Below, piece by piece: positions 1-12,467 of a stretch of 33,528 bases of DNA; position 1 is the first letter of the stretch; every line of letters starts with the position of its first letter. Source of the stretch: Octopus bimaculoides (taxonomy: Eukaryota); the NCBI RefSeq assembly GCF_001194135.2, contig NC_068982.1, positions 57,559,831 to 57,593,358 of the forward strand. The letters run 5' to 3'. Position numbers and translations under genes: made by a program. The notes under the pieces are model-generated. The model saw only the letters and a program-made list of their open reading frames with translations. It was not told where the DNA came from and did no database searches.

Positions 1-313
1 CGTGAAATTAACGTGCAAGTGGCTGAGCACTCCACAGACACGTGTACCCTTAACGTAGTTCTCGGGGGTATTCAGCGTGACACAGTGTGACAAGGCTGAC
101 CCTTTGAATTACAGGCACAACAGAAACAGGAAGTAAGAGTGAGAGAAAGTTGTGGTGAAAGAGTACAGCAGGGTTTGCCACCATCCCCTGCTGGAGCCTC
201 GTGGAGCTTTAGGTGTTTTCGCTCAATAAACACTCACAACGCCCGGTCTGGGAATCGAAACCGCGATCCTATGACCGCGAGTCCGCTGCCCTAACCACTG
301 GGCCATTGTGCCT
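1..313 (-). mobile_element. tRNA-derived SINE, family A (3' part cut by window edge)
   Basis: Minus strand begins AGGCACAATGGCCCAGTGGTTAGGGCAGCGG...GGTTTCGATTCCC (A-box and B-box-like). The body is near-identical to the copies at 8906-9291 and 28198-28587. Confidence 0.9.
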
Positions 314-620
314 AGACAGAGAGAGATAGATATAGATATATGTGCTTATGTCGATATACATATATATGTATACACATGTGTGTGTATGTATGTTTGTATG
401 TATGTACATTATAAAAGGTCCTCAATCATCCACTGATGTAAGATCTGTTGTCGCCAAAGAATCTTCTCATATAGATTACCAGGCATTCATAACGTTTATG
501 TAGAATATTATAAATCCCTGCGAAACCTTTGTAAGAAAATCTATCCTGATTCATCTGTACTCCAGAGACACTTACGAGTATTTACGTGCTTGTGCGTGCG
601 CGCCTTTGAGTATGCTTGCC

Positions 621-866
<246 letters not shown>

Positions 867-1343
867 CCGATATTTCTTATTCAAACTTATCTAAAGTCTG
901 CCAACTGAATGAAGAGGTGAAAGAATAAATAACGGTTTACTTTCCGTTGTGTAGAACTTGAGACATACGGAACGATCGTTTTTCTCCAATTCTTTTTAAA
1001 TTTCTATGATTTTTGAAAGAAATGTGGCTCCATTTGAACATCTGTAAAATACAAATGAGANNNNNNNNNNNNNNNNNNNNNNNNNNNNNNNNNNNNNNNN
1101 NNNNNNNNNNNNNNNNNNNNNNNNNNNNNNNNNNNNNNNNNNNNNNNNNNNNNNNNNNNNNNNNNNNNNNNNNNNNNNNNNNNNNNNNNNNNNNNNNNNN
1201 NNNNNNNNNNNNNNNNNTTAAGAGGTGAGGTGTTTGTATGTGAATCTGTTTGTTTCTTTTTCTTTATCTTCTTGCTTTTCAGCTCATAGTTTCCTATCTT
1301 ACTTTCTCCTGGTTTTACTTTGTTAATTACTTATATCTTCTCA

Positions 1344-1357
1344 TATATATATATATA

Positions 1358-1388
<31 letters not shown>

Positions 1389-1460
1389 ATGGATGGATGG
1401 ATGGATGGATGGATGGATGGATGGATGGATGTGTGTATGTGTGCATGTGTGTATGTATGT
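1344..1460. repeat. Compound microsatellite (AT)n/(GT)n/(GTAT)n/(GGAT)n
   Basis: Directly visible. Confidence 0.95.
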
Positions 1461-3035
1461 ATATCTTAATATATCTAAACAAAAGCAGTTCAAGCTGACG
1501 GTGCTTCTGTTCCATTTGAGCTTTCTTTACGTCAGTTATACTCTTTAAGACTTGAAATACCCATTAGCAAAGTAGAAAAAAAAACCCAAACATTTGAAAG
1601 AGATGTATTTTAACGTTTGGATTTAGTGTCTGTATGCACGAAATGAAAATATAAGCGCTAATTAAACAATAAACAATCTTCTTTGAAAGTTGTTGCATGC
1701 AGGAAGACTTCTGTTCTATTATTATGTAATTATATTACCTCTAAGAGTAGGATGAAACATTTCTATGAGCTAAATATAATACATATCGTGAACTGCTGAG
1801 TCATTAGTAACTTGCAAACATTATTCAATTACACCAAATAAGATATGATGACGAACACATTGCAAAACTGTGCAACAACATATATTTCCATAATCAGTAC
1901 ACTGATTACATTTATTACTAACATTTTCCATTTCTTCTTATACGATGAAAATAATTGAATTCTTCTCTTACGAAACGACTTTTGTTCAGCATTTGAGAAT
2001 ACTTCTGAAATAATATTCTTCTTGGGTACAATAACAACTAGTTATATTTGGATGATTCTTTTAAAGGGGAGAATAAAAGAAAACAGTAGATAGTCCGTAG
2101 TATTTCATTTATTCAAGTCTTTCTTTTTGTTGTTGTTGTTGTTATTTTATATTCTACACATTAATTACCAACACTGTATTGTTAAGTTCTTGAAAGAGCG
2201 AATCAGCAATTTTTTCGCTTGAAAACTTACTATCTTACTTAAACTGTTAATTCTTTCACTTCTTTCTTGTTATTCAGGACAACATAAACGTCTCACTATC
2301 TCATTTTTTTCTTCTCTTTTGTAAATTCATACTCTGTTGCTTATGGAAGAAATCAATAGACAGAGAAACATAGTAGCTTAATAGCTAATATGTTATTTCT
2401 TCATTTACATATTAAGGAATCGTATTTCGTCGATGGTGTGGCAGTGTGTCTCAAGGTACCAAGAAGATGCCAACATATGATGGCTGAACGAGTTGTTACT
2501 AATACTAACCGTTAACTGATAAAAAAAAAAAGTCCACATCTAATATTATCAGGATGTGCAAAAGATGGACAATTGCAGTTTCCGAATATAGAGAAAAACC
2601 ATACAATTCGGATATATATTCTTCTTCTGAGAAAGTATATACAAGCAGTAGCGTCGCTGGGGTGGGAGCGATGAGTCAGTCCGCCTCGGAGTACGCTTTT
2701 ATAGAGGAATCGTTTTGGGGTCTGCCGTATAAGCTTGTAATGCCGAGTGGGAGAAAACTCGAGAGCTGAAGAATGGCGAAAGGATGCGAGTGTGACATCT
2801 ATACCAGCTGCGCACAAGTCCCTGTCTGCTTATCTTATGGGGATGCGAGAAGGTGGTATAGACATAGGCCGAAGAACATGGATGATATGACGGAAATTTT
2901 GGTACTCCATTCGAGTAATTGCCACTTTAGCAAATGTTGTTTTCTATACACTACAAAGGCTTTACAGTCTGTTACGTAGTTAACCATCGTTTTGCGTTGT
3001 TTCTTAAGATAATCTTTTATCTTTTTATCATTTAC

Positions 3036-3237
3036 CTTTTACTTGTTTCAGTCATTGGACTGCAGCCATGCTGGGACACTACCTTGAATTTTTAGTTGAA
3101 TGAATCAACCCCAGTACTCACAAGGCTTTGGTCGACCCGAGGCTATAGTAGAAGACACTTGCCAAGGTGTCACACAGTGGGACTGAACCCGGAACTATGC
3201 GGTTGGGAAGCAAGCTTCTTACCACACAGCCACTCCT
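3036..3237 (-). mobile_element. tRNA-derived SINE, family C, internally deleted
   Basis: Minus strand has head AGGAGTGGCTGTGTGGTAAGAAGCTTGC...GGGTTCAGTCCC, then CCTTGGCAAGTGTCTTC...AAAGCCTTGTGAGT joined directly to the 3' module ACTGGGGTTGATT...CAGCATGGCTGCAGTC..TGACTGAAACAAGTAAAAG. Both modules recur at 14096-14838. Confidence 0.85.
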
Positions 3238-3958
3238 TTATGAATGCTTAGTGCGGTATTGGAGTCATGATTATTGCAAAAAAATCTCCCACTGCCGTTC
3301 TGTTCAAAAGAATTCTGGGTGATATCCTTCCATGTTCTCAATTTCTCTTATATCATTAAGTTGTGCGACAATCATGAGTAAGTTATTGAATAGTTAACAA
3401 GGAAAAGAACTTTTTTTTATTGAATCATGCGTGTGCGTTCGTCTGTATGTGTGACTGCATGTGGTTGTATTTTTGGTGAGATTTAAAATAAATATATTGA
3501 AATTATTTAACTTGATGAGAGTGACTCCCCAAAAGTTTTTTATATCCACATAATATGGTTACAATCAATTTTTACTTTTTTCAGAATACATTTTACATGA
3601 AACTTACGCGTGCTGCCACAAGAATATGCAACCGCACCTGGATAGTTGGAAGCAAATACACCACAGTAAAGGGAAAAAAGAGAAGAACAATTGAAACAGG
3701 TAATAATAGATATAAAAACTGAACCAAATATCTGCGCATGAATTTCAATGAAGACAAAAGTAATCTCATTGTGCCTGGCAGAACCGACTGGCCACGATCT
3801 CTCAAATATAAGAATCGGCTCGTAACAGAGACTCCAGAACAAAGACACAGGAGTCTGACTCGGTTTTCCCCACTACCGATGTGCTTCCTTATAAGCACTT
3901 CTAAACTGTTTCATTTCAGCGAGTACAAGAGCTTACACAACCACGGATTAGTAGTTAT

Positions 3959-4575
3959 GTCATTACAACCATCACAGAGTTGGGTTACTGCAACAATCAC
4001 TGTTATTTCATTACAGTCACATTTCTGTTGTATCATTGCAACCACCACTTAACTGCTTTAATTCAACTAACACTGAACCATTTGTAATAAAATCAACATT
4101 GTATATATATAAAAAAACTGAGCCATTACAGTTTTCAGTACTGCTTAATTAAATTTGTTTAATTAAAGCAATCTGTTTAATTAAAATGTAGTTTTATCCT
4201 TACCACCACAATTAAACTATTTCGTTATAATCGCAACTGAGATGTGACATTACAAAGACTTCTACGATATCATTACCATAAATATTGTTTTTTTCCAATT
4301 GCAGCTTATCCGTGTCATTACAGCCATTGCCGAGCTATTTGAATAGAATCTTCACTGTGCTATATATTATAACAACCGCCACTGAAATTTCATTTCAACC
4401 ATCTGCTGCACAGTCTCATGACAATCCACTCTCATTTGTGCCATTAAAACACAGCTGAGGCGTTTCTTTACATTACGACCACTGATCTATGTCATGACAA
4501 CCGTGGCTCAGAAGCATTATTACAACCAAAACTGGTTGCGTCATAAAAGCAATTGCTGAGATATAATAGCAACCA
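3959..4575. repeat. Highly degenerate minisatellite-like array (about 21-27 bp unit, core TCATTACAACC)
   Basis: Core variants at 3959, 4032, 4314, 4389, 4415, 4491, 4516, 4540 and 4563, spaced 23-26 bp in the best-preserved stretches. Confidence 0.55.
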
Positions 4576-4725
4576 ATACTGTGATTTTTTTTCATTCCAA
4601 TCATTATACATCACATATACTAGCAAAAACCTTTCATGAAAAACCTTTGATTATAGTTGGTGGTGTTTAGAATCCTGATCAGTGTATTTTTGAGTATGAC
4701 ATTATATATATATATATAATACAAA

Positions 4726-5127
4726 ATGGGACAAGAACGCAAAACATCCAGACAGTTAGGTGATACAAAAAAGGGACAAAACATCCAGACAGACGATACA
4801 AAGAAAACAAGGACGGGTCACTCGGCGTTTTTTTTCTTCAGTCGAGTTCCAGATTATCTTTGCAATTTCGGCTGGTTGTACTCGAGATTGCTCCAATCTG
4901 GCCAGCCCCAAGGAAAAACTAAGCTAAGAGCATTAGATTCTTTGGAAGAAAGCAGCAAATGTATAAGAAAACAAGGATGGAAAAAAAAAAACGGAGGATG
5001 TTACACAAATACAAATAACAGGACATAACAACAGGTGTCTTCCGACTAAATTAAGCTGTCGTGTGTGGAAGTAAATCCTCCGGCAAGTCGAAAGACACCT
5101 GTTGTTATGTCCTGTTATTTGTATTTG
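4726..5127 (-). mobile_element. Repeat fragment with 42-bp inverted repeat; probably the terminal (pLTR/3') region of a Penelope-like element
   Basis: Arms 5006-5047 and 5086-5127 pair at 41/42 positions. AAAACATCCAGACAG is internally duplicated (about 4740 and 4778). The PLE assignment is inference from the fold-back end and pyrimidine-rich minus strand; no coding sequence is visible. Confidence 0.45.
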
Positions 5128-6391
5128 NNNNNNNNNNNNNNNNNNNNNNNNNNNNNNNNNNNNNNNNNNNNNNNNNNNNNNNNNNNNNNNNNNNNNNNNN
5201 NNNNNNNNNNNNNNNNNNNNNNNNNNNNNNNNNNNNNNNNNNNNNNNNNNNNNNNNNNNNNNNNNNNNNNNNNNNNNNNNNNNNNNNNNNNNNNNNNNNN
5301 NNNNNNNNNNNNNNNNNNNNNNNNNNNNNNNNNNNNNNNNNNNNNNNNNNNNNNNNNNNNNNNNNNNNNNNNNNNNNNNNNNNNNNNNNNNNNNNNNNNN
5401 NNNNNNNNNNNNNNNNNNNNNNNNNNNNNNNNNNNNNNNNNNNNNNNNNNNNNNNNNNNNNNNNNNNNNNNNNNNNNNNNNNNNNNNNNNNNNNNNNNNN
5501 NNNNNNNNNNNNNNNNNNNNNNNNNNNNNNNNNNNNNNNNNNNNNNNNNNNNNNNNNNNNNNNNNNNNNNNNNNNNNNNNNNNNNNNNNNNNNNNNNNNN
5601 NNNNNNNNNNNNNNNNNNNNNNNNNNNNNNNNNNNNNNNNNNNNNNNNNNNNNNNNNNNNNNNNNNNNNNNNNNNNNNNNNNNNNNNNNNNNNNNNNNNN
5701 NNNNNNNNNNNNNNNNNNNNNNNNNNNNNNNNNNNNNNNNNNNNNNNNNNNNNNNNNNNNNNNNNNNNAGAGAGAGAGAGAGAGAGAGACACAGACAGAC
5801 AGACAGGCAGACAGAATTATTGTTGTTTAGCTCCGCGTCGGATCAAGTTGAACAAGACTACGACGAAAGACAACCCTTCTCTATCCGTATGCTTGTTGTT
5901 GCTTTTTTTTTTTTTTTCATTTTGTTCGTAATTTTTAAAATGGTATGATTTGATTTTAGGAAGATTTGCCTGCTATTTCTTGCAGATCGAATATTTACGA
6001 AGCATCCTTTTGAGTGGCTATAATATCCAGTGAGGTTTTCTTTCTTAGTTTCTTAAAGTTTCGGGACACGATGGCTCTGGAAATGTCGATGTTTAATCCT
6101 TGAGTAAACTTAATTGAGAAAGCCTATGATCAAAAGCGTCCCATTCATGATCATCCTATCTTTTTAGCGGTATCTGGGACTACATCCCCCACCCCACTTT
6201 ATTCCAACTTGCTTAAAATCATGGTGCCGATATCAAGAAGATATAACTGATATTTCAAGCAAACCATGCCTCAACTTGAAGGCTCTCTCATTGGCTTAAA
6301 CGACATTTGTGATAACAGCGATATGGGTTTCATTATCGTTTTCGTTGTGATCAAGGTTTATTTCTCCTAGAAATCGTTCTGGAAATACGCG

Positions 6392-6607
6392 TAATATTGG
6401 TTTCAAGTTTTATCACAGGGCCAGCAAGTTCGAGGAAAGGCACACGTCGATTACATCGACCCCAGTGCTCATCTGGTACTTATTTTATCGACTCCGAGAG
6501 GATAAAATGCAAAGTCGACCTCGGCGGAGTTTGAACTCAGAACATAAAGACGGACGAAATGCTGCTAGGCATTTCACCCGGCGTGCTAACGAGTCTGCCA
6601 GCTCACC
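6392..6607 (-). mobile_element. tRNA-derived SINE, family B
   Basis: Minus strand: GGTGAGCTGGCAGACTCGTTAGCAC..., B-box GAGTTCAAACTCCGCC, central TTTATCCTCTCGGAGTCGATAAAATAAGTACCAG, tail TTGCTGGCCCTGTG..TTGAAACCAATATTA. Homologous to 15402-15632 and 17394-18120. Confidence 0.85.
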
Positions 6608-6679
6608 TCTTTTGGATTCTCTTAGCGATATAAGCTATGTAACATTTTCTGTTAATGTTGTTAATAACAGTAAAGGAAT

Positions 6680-6870
6680 GATTTTTGTTGTTGATGTTTA
6701 TCCTTTGAGCAACCATGATCGATCATTGCGGTTGAGTCGTTTTTAAGAGATGTTTTGGAATATAACCAATGTGACCTTCCTATACTTAAAACGAATGAAT
6801 GTGATCTAAGACGGAGAAGGGGTAGATTTGGTTGTTATTTCTAGCTAGTCAAGAGACCAAGTTATAGCGC
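6680..6870 (-). repeat. Old dispersed repeat, family E (degenerate copy)
   Basis: Shares the AGATTTGG-TG-TATTTCTAGC-GGTC motif with about 5957, 16703, 23905, 24140 and 26520, and an upstream TTGTTG tract as at 23728 and 26335. Confidence 0.5.
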
Positions 6871-6989
6871 ATTCTCTGTTTTATGTACTGATTGTATTTA
6901 AAGTTGGTCGTTAGTAGATTTTACTCTTTTATTTAAAGAGTGATTAATTTTTACACTCCTGTTCATATATTCCCTTTTTTTTACAAACA

Positions 6990-7300
6990 ATTCAGTCAAA
7001 CATTACACAGGGACCAACTCCTCCAAATCCCAAAGGTTTCATCATCATCATCGTTGTTATCATCATCTCTAACCATCACCATCACCACCTCCCCATTTTT
7101 CACCACCAGTACCATCATCATCATCATCATTATCACCATCATCGTTGTCATCATCATCATCGCCATCATCATCATCATCATCATAGTCGTCGTCATCCTT
7201 AACCATCACCATCGCAATCTTCTCCTTCACCACCAAAACCACCACCACCACCATCATCATCGTTCTCATCATCATCATCATCATCGTTGTCGGCGTCGTA
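6990..7300. repeat. Degenerate (CAT/CAC)n trinucleotide array
   Basis: Directly visible; explains the poly-I/H/M/D ORFs. Confidence 0.95.
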
Positions 7301-7971
7301 ATCTCTCTGCAGATCCACCTGTAGAAACATGATTATGGATTTAAGCTAAAATACAAGCGAAAACAGACGTAAATTCTTGAAGAATATTTGAACAGTACAT
7401 AGAACATTTCCCACCTGTTATACAGCGCTCCTACCGTACCTAATTAACTACATATCCCTTGTACAGCATAACTGCTGGAAGTTAAGCCTGTCAGATCTGG
7501 AACACAATACCAGGGGCATGACGTGAACTAATCTGTCGACCTGACTAGAGACAACTTACCAGCAGTATGTATGTATGTATGTATGTATGTATGTATGTGT
7601 GTATGTACGTACGTACGTGTGTATGCATCTATGTATGTATGCATGCATATATTATTTACTAAACACGGTATATATATTTTTTATGAGCTACTAATAGTTT
7701 CATGCAATGAAAACAATTCAGACAGCATTTTATAACACGTCCGGTGCCTTCACAGTCCTCGGGCTCTGCTCACATAGCATAAGACATAACAAGATGATAG
7801 AATAAGAGAAAATATGAAAAAAGGTGAGAAGAAAGATGGAAAAGGTGGAAGACGGAAAGGAAAAATTAGGATAATTACTTATGTCCCCTTTGATCGTAAA
7901 GTCATAAGGCTAAATGGATACGGAACTAGAGTCTGTGGTACAGCTGCTCAATCCTAAAAGGGTAGTATTTT

Positions 7972-8612
7972 CTAATTCGTCAACAGGAACTTATCCATAT
8001 GTTTACATCTGAAAATTTTAGATCTGGAATTTAACAGTGCAGTGGAGTCCGTAGATCTGAAAAGGATCTGTGCTCTTTCAGTTACGCATAGCTTACATTT
8101 TTTTGATCCATTGATATATGGTGTGGACTTTTCAACGATGTTCCACTTGATTGTATGTGGTGTGGCGTTAGACTTCAAACCGTATAAGCGGCTAGCCAAT
8201 TTAGTGGCTTTACTTTTGTTCCAGGGCCGAAAGGAAGATATTTGGTTAGCATAGCGATTTTTGAAGTCACCTTCACATAGCCCGATGTAGCTCTTCTTAT
8301 CGGTTATGTTATCGGTTATTTAGCATTGCTGTAACTTCAGCTCATGTTTAACGGATTTAATCATGCACCCCTGGTCGAGTGGAAATAGGCTCTTGGTGGT
8401 GTTTGCATATAATGATGCTCTTCATACTGGGACAGCAGCTATATGATAATTTGAGTGAACACCTGTTGAATATTTTTCTGTACCTGTGATTTAATGGGAA
8501 AATGCTTGTCTAGGAGAAACGGGAATCTTTTACCTGTATTGGTTTCAACATTAAGGGAAAGGAGGGGGGAAACCAAATTATTCTCTTAGATTTTTAGGTC
8601 TATTTTTAGCCT
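7972..8612 (-). mobile_element. Penelope-like retroelement fragment (RT thumb plus GIY-YIG endonuclease), frameshifted
   Basis: Manual minus-strand translation across frameshifts: RIIWF(P)PPF.LNVETNTGKRF.FLLDKHFP...KIFNRCSLKLSYSCCPSMKSII...FPLDQGCMIKSV...SYIGLCEGDFKNRYANQISSF...ATKLASRLYGLK...IKWNIVEKSTPY...KKCKLCVTE...LLNSRSKIFRCKHMDKFLL*. These are typical PLE motifs; the stop is at 7972-7974. Confidence 0.92.
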
Positions 8613-8905
8613 CTTTCATATGAACTTTTATTGCCCAAGGCGTATCTTACACGCACGTTCATTATTTTGTGTGTGTACGTATGTATATGCATATAGATAT
8701 ACATTTTTCTGTACGTATGTATTTTTAGAAATCGGATCGAGCATGTCTTATTTCGTTCGACTTTTTATTATAACTGTTTATTCGATATATTTATTTTTTC
8801 CTATACACATGCTATTTAGAAATTGAATTTAGTTCGTCCTGATTTCGATTGACTTTTCACTGTGTCTGTGTTTTCGGGCTTTCTTTTTGTCTATTTCATT
8901 TCCTT

Positions 8906-9291
8906 GTGGAGGCGCAATGGCCCAGTGGTTAGGGCAGCGGACTCGCGTTCATAGGATCGCGGTTTGGATTCCCAGACCGGGCGTTGTGAGTGTTTATTGA
9001 GCAAAAACACCTAAAGCTCCACGAGGCTCCGGCAGTGGATGGTGGCGAACTCTGCTGTACTCTTTCACCACAACTTTCTCTCACTCTTACTTCCTGTTTC
9101 TGTTGTACCTGTAATTCAAAGGGTCAGCCTTGTCACACTGTGTCATGCTGAATCTCCCCGAGAACTACGTTAAGAGTACACGTGTCTGTGGAGTGCTCGG
9201 CCACTGGCACGTTAATTTCATGAGCAGGCTGTTCCGTTGATCGGATCAACTGGAACCCTCGACGTCGTAAGCGACGGAGTGCCAACAAACA
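8906..9291 (+). mobile_element. tRNA-derived SINE, family A, full length with 13-bp TSD
   Basis: Starts GTGGAGGCGCAATGGCCCAGTGG and ends GTGCCAACAAACA. Flanked by ATTTCATTTCCTT at 8893-8905 and 9292-9304. Confidence 0.95.
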
Positions 9292-9415
9292 ATTTCATTT
9301 CCTTATCTATTGCATGTTCTCTAATCGCTATTCCCTTTCCTTTACTTAAAGTTATAAACATTTCACTATGTGACTCTCAATTCATATAATATTACATACA
9401 TGTATCTTATAGTTT

Positions 9416-9447
<32 letters not shown>

Positions 9448-9998
9448 TTCATATCTTTCCCTCCTTCCTTTCTTCTCCCTCTCTTCTTTACAATTATATG
9501 TTTCTTTTCTATTTTCTTTCAAGACCGCATATCTCCTTCTTTATTGGAAGCTTATGTTTTTCATTCATTTATTTATTCTCTTCGTATATTTTTGAACTGG
9601 TTTTAGTTTTTGTGATATTCATTTACCTTTGTATTAATTTCTAATTTTCGATCTTCAAAAACCATTTCAATCCCTAATTTTGATTATTTCTGATAGTATC
9701 TTTCTTATTCTCTGTATTTTTCTTTCTCGTTTACACGAGTATAGATTATATGCACGAACCTGTTATAATTTTAATTCAATTTCGACTTGCATCAGTGCTT
9801 ATATTTTTTTGTTACTGTCAATCGCATTTACCCAAAAGATACCCGTTATTTTGGAAAGCAATTGCCATATCCAATGTTTATTCGATGAGTTGATAATTGT
9901 GAATACTTATATATTAAATACTTTTAACTCATTCCGTTGTTCTAAACACTCACAATTCTCTGATGATCGGTTAGATGAAGCTCTTTTCAGCTTCAGTA

Positions 9999-10040
<42 letters not shown>

Positions 10041-10289
10041 NNNNNNNNNNNNNNNNNNNNNNNNNNNNNNNNNNNNNNNNNNNNNNNNNNNNNNNNNNNN
10101 NNNNNNNNNNNNNNNNNNNNNNNNNNNNNNNNNNNNNNNNNNNNNNNNNNNNNNNNNNNNNNNNNNNNNNNNNNNNNNNNNNNNNNNNNNNNNNNNNNNN
10201 NNNNNNNNNNNNNNNNNNNNNNNGGAGAGAGGGAGAGAGATACGCATATACATGTCTATGTTAGTTTTATGAGTTTACGTAATCATCTA

Positions 10290-10313
10290 CATATGTGTGT
10301 GTGTGTGTGTGTG

Positions 10314-10360
<47 letters not shown>

Positions 10361-11361
10361 ACATACATACAGATACATGTTATATATGTAGCTATATACG
10401 TATATGCATTATATACATAATATATATAAACGTATGCATATATTATATGTGTATATACATATGTGTGCATGTTTATATATATATATATATATATATATCC
10501 ACACGCACACAAACACATTTATATACGCATATATGTAGGTTTTATCGACATAATACAAGTAACAGACACACATGTATATGCATGCATACAAGTATATAAG
10601 TGCGTGTGTTTGCGCGCGTGTGTGTGTGTGTGCGTGTATTATCATATGTGAACGAATGGCTGGGTGTGAATGTAGAATCATATAACAACAAACAAGATAC
10701 ATGGAGAATAGTTTAACAGATGTGGCAGATAGAGGCTGAAAAAACAATTCCTCAATTAGTATATGGGCTCCCTAATGTTTGAATAGCCTGTTCTGTATTG
10801 TATTGATCTTAAGATCCTACCATCTGTGAAAATTTCCAGCACACTCATGCTTATATATTCACTGCTTTACACAGCTTCTATAAATGTGTATAAAGAAATC
10901 TCGTCTTCAAACAACAACTGTAGCGTGTGTGTGCGTGTCTATGTCTGAGTATATATGGTTAATATATATGTGTGTGTAAATATGTGTAGTGTGTATGTAT
11001 GTGCATGTGTATGTGTAGCATGTGTATTATGTATGTGTGTGTGTATGTATGTGTGTGTGTGAATAAAGTATACGAACGTGTACTGTCGAATATGATTGAG
11101 TGTATGTGTTTCAAACAAAGAGACGTGCACATGTGTAATGTGTACATACGTACATGTATGTACGCAAACACCTGATACACACACACACACACACACACAC
11201 ATACGCACACACATGTATGTCTGTCTGTATGTATGTATGTATGTATGTATGTATATGAGGGTGAATGTAAAAATTTGTTCGTATTTGTATCAGGATTAAT
11301 GTAAGTTGAAATGCCACTGTGCTGTGTATTAAATATACATGTATGCATATGAGTATATATA

Positions 11362-11412
<51 letters not shown>
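10290..11412. repeat. Microsatellite-rich tract (GT/AT/CA/GTAT)
   Basis: Directly visible, with short unique interruptions. Confidence 0.9.
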
Positions 11413-12427
11413 NNNNNNNNNNNNNNNNNNNNNNNNNNNNNNNNNNNNNNNNNNNNNNNNNNNNNNNNNNNNNNNNNNNNNNNNNNNNNNNNNNNNNNNN
11501 NNNNNNNNNNNNNNNNNNNNNNCGTTTATATAGATGCAATAAAATAAAACGAAAATGAACAAAGATTCAAAAGAGATGTAATGAGATCTAGTTTCAGTCC
11601 TGAACTGTTAGCCCTTTCTAATATAAGTTTCTTCCCAGCTTTTCTTGTTTCATTTTTTTCTGCTTTTTTTCTTTCTCCTTCCTTCCATTTTATAACTAGA
11701 AAGAATTCTACTTATGACTCAGCAGGGTAAACATGATTCTCCTTTCGGACCACATTATTATCAAACTACACTCTTTCTTGCGACAAGTCAGGAAAGATAT
11801 GCCGTGATGCTTTGCTGCTATGAAAGGAATACTTCTGTCGACAGAACGCATGTTTGCTAACCTTTCTATTACTTGTAGTTTACTATGTTTCCAAAAAAAA
11901 AAAAAAGTAAAAGATAGATTTTCATGTGATCAAACAACAAGAGTTCAAGCTATCTATTCAAAAACTTAGTGATCCAATGCAGAAGCTATCGTCTGCTCAG
12001 CTGAAACCTCTCATACACAGCAATACGTAATGAACTGCTGCAATAAAATGGCTGCAGTTCTTTAGCTGACTTTGTAAGACTTAATGAGCTGGAACATACT
12101 TAATTCGATTATAAGAAACATTTATCTGTCTATATTTTTAGAAATATTCATTGGAAAATATATAATTTTTCAGTGAATTCTCTCGTGAGGTTTATGTTGA
12201 TGTGACATTACGCAGTCAAATATACTTTGTATTTCCAATAAGACTGCCTGACTGACTGCTTGCTTGCCAGTCTGCCTGCCACTAAAAGAAACTCTCGACG
12301 TAATTTCTGGCGCCATTTTAAGATTTTTCGTTTTGTTTCTTCGTCTCTTTTGCCTCCTCCTTCTTACCTCCTTTTGTTGCTGATATTTCGCATTGATAAA
12401 GGTTGTGGCGATTATGTGGAAGCTGCT

Positions 12428-12429
<2 letters not shown>

Positions 12430-12467
<38 letters not shown>

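Noticed and set aside
2766-2795. CTGAAGA-ATGGC-GAAA, hammerhead-like spacing
   Set aside because: The five intervening bases cannot form stem II, and there is no stem III or cleavage triplet.
2430-2980. Moderately GC-rich stretch with ORFs of 68-101 aa and a CAGTAGCGTCGCTGGGG motif (about 2646) resembling a hAT-MITE end
   Set aside because: No recognisable protein motif in any frame examined, and no matching opposite terminus or TSD found.
3540-4052. Three overlapping 100-aa ORFs, one hydrophobic (receptor-like)
   Set aside because: No family motif, non-ATG or weak starts, and overlapping frames on both strands typical of chance ORFs.
9959-9990. CTGATGA motif after a pyrimidine-rich tract
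   Set aside because: No paired stem II and no correctly placed GAAA.
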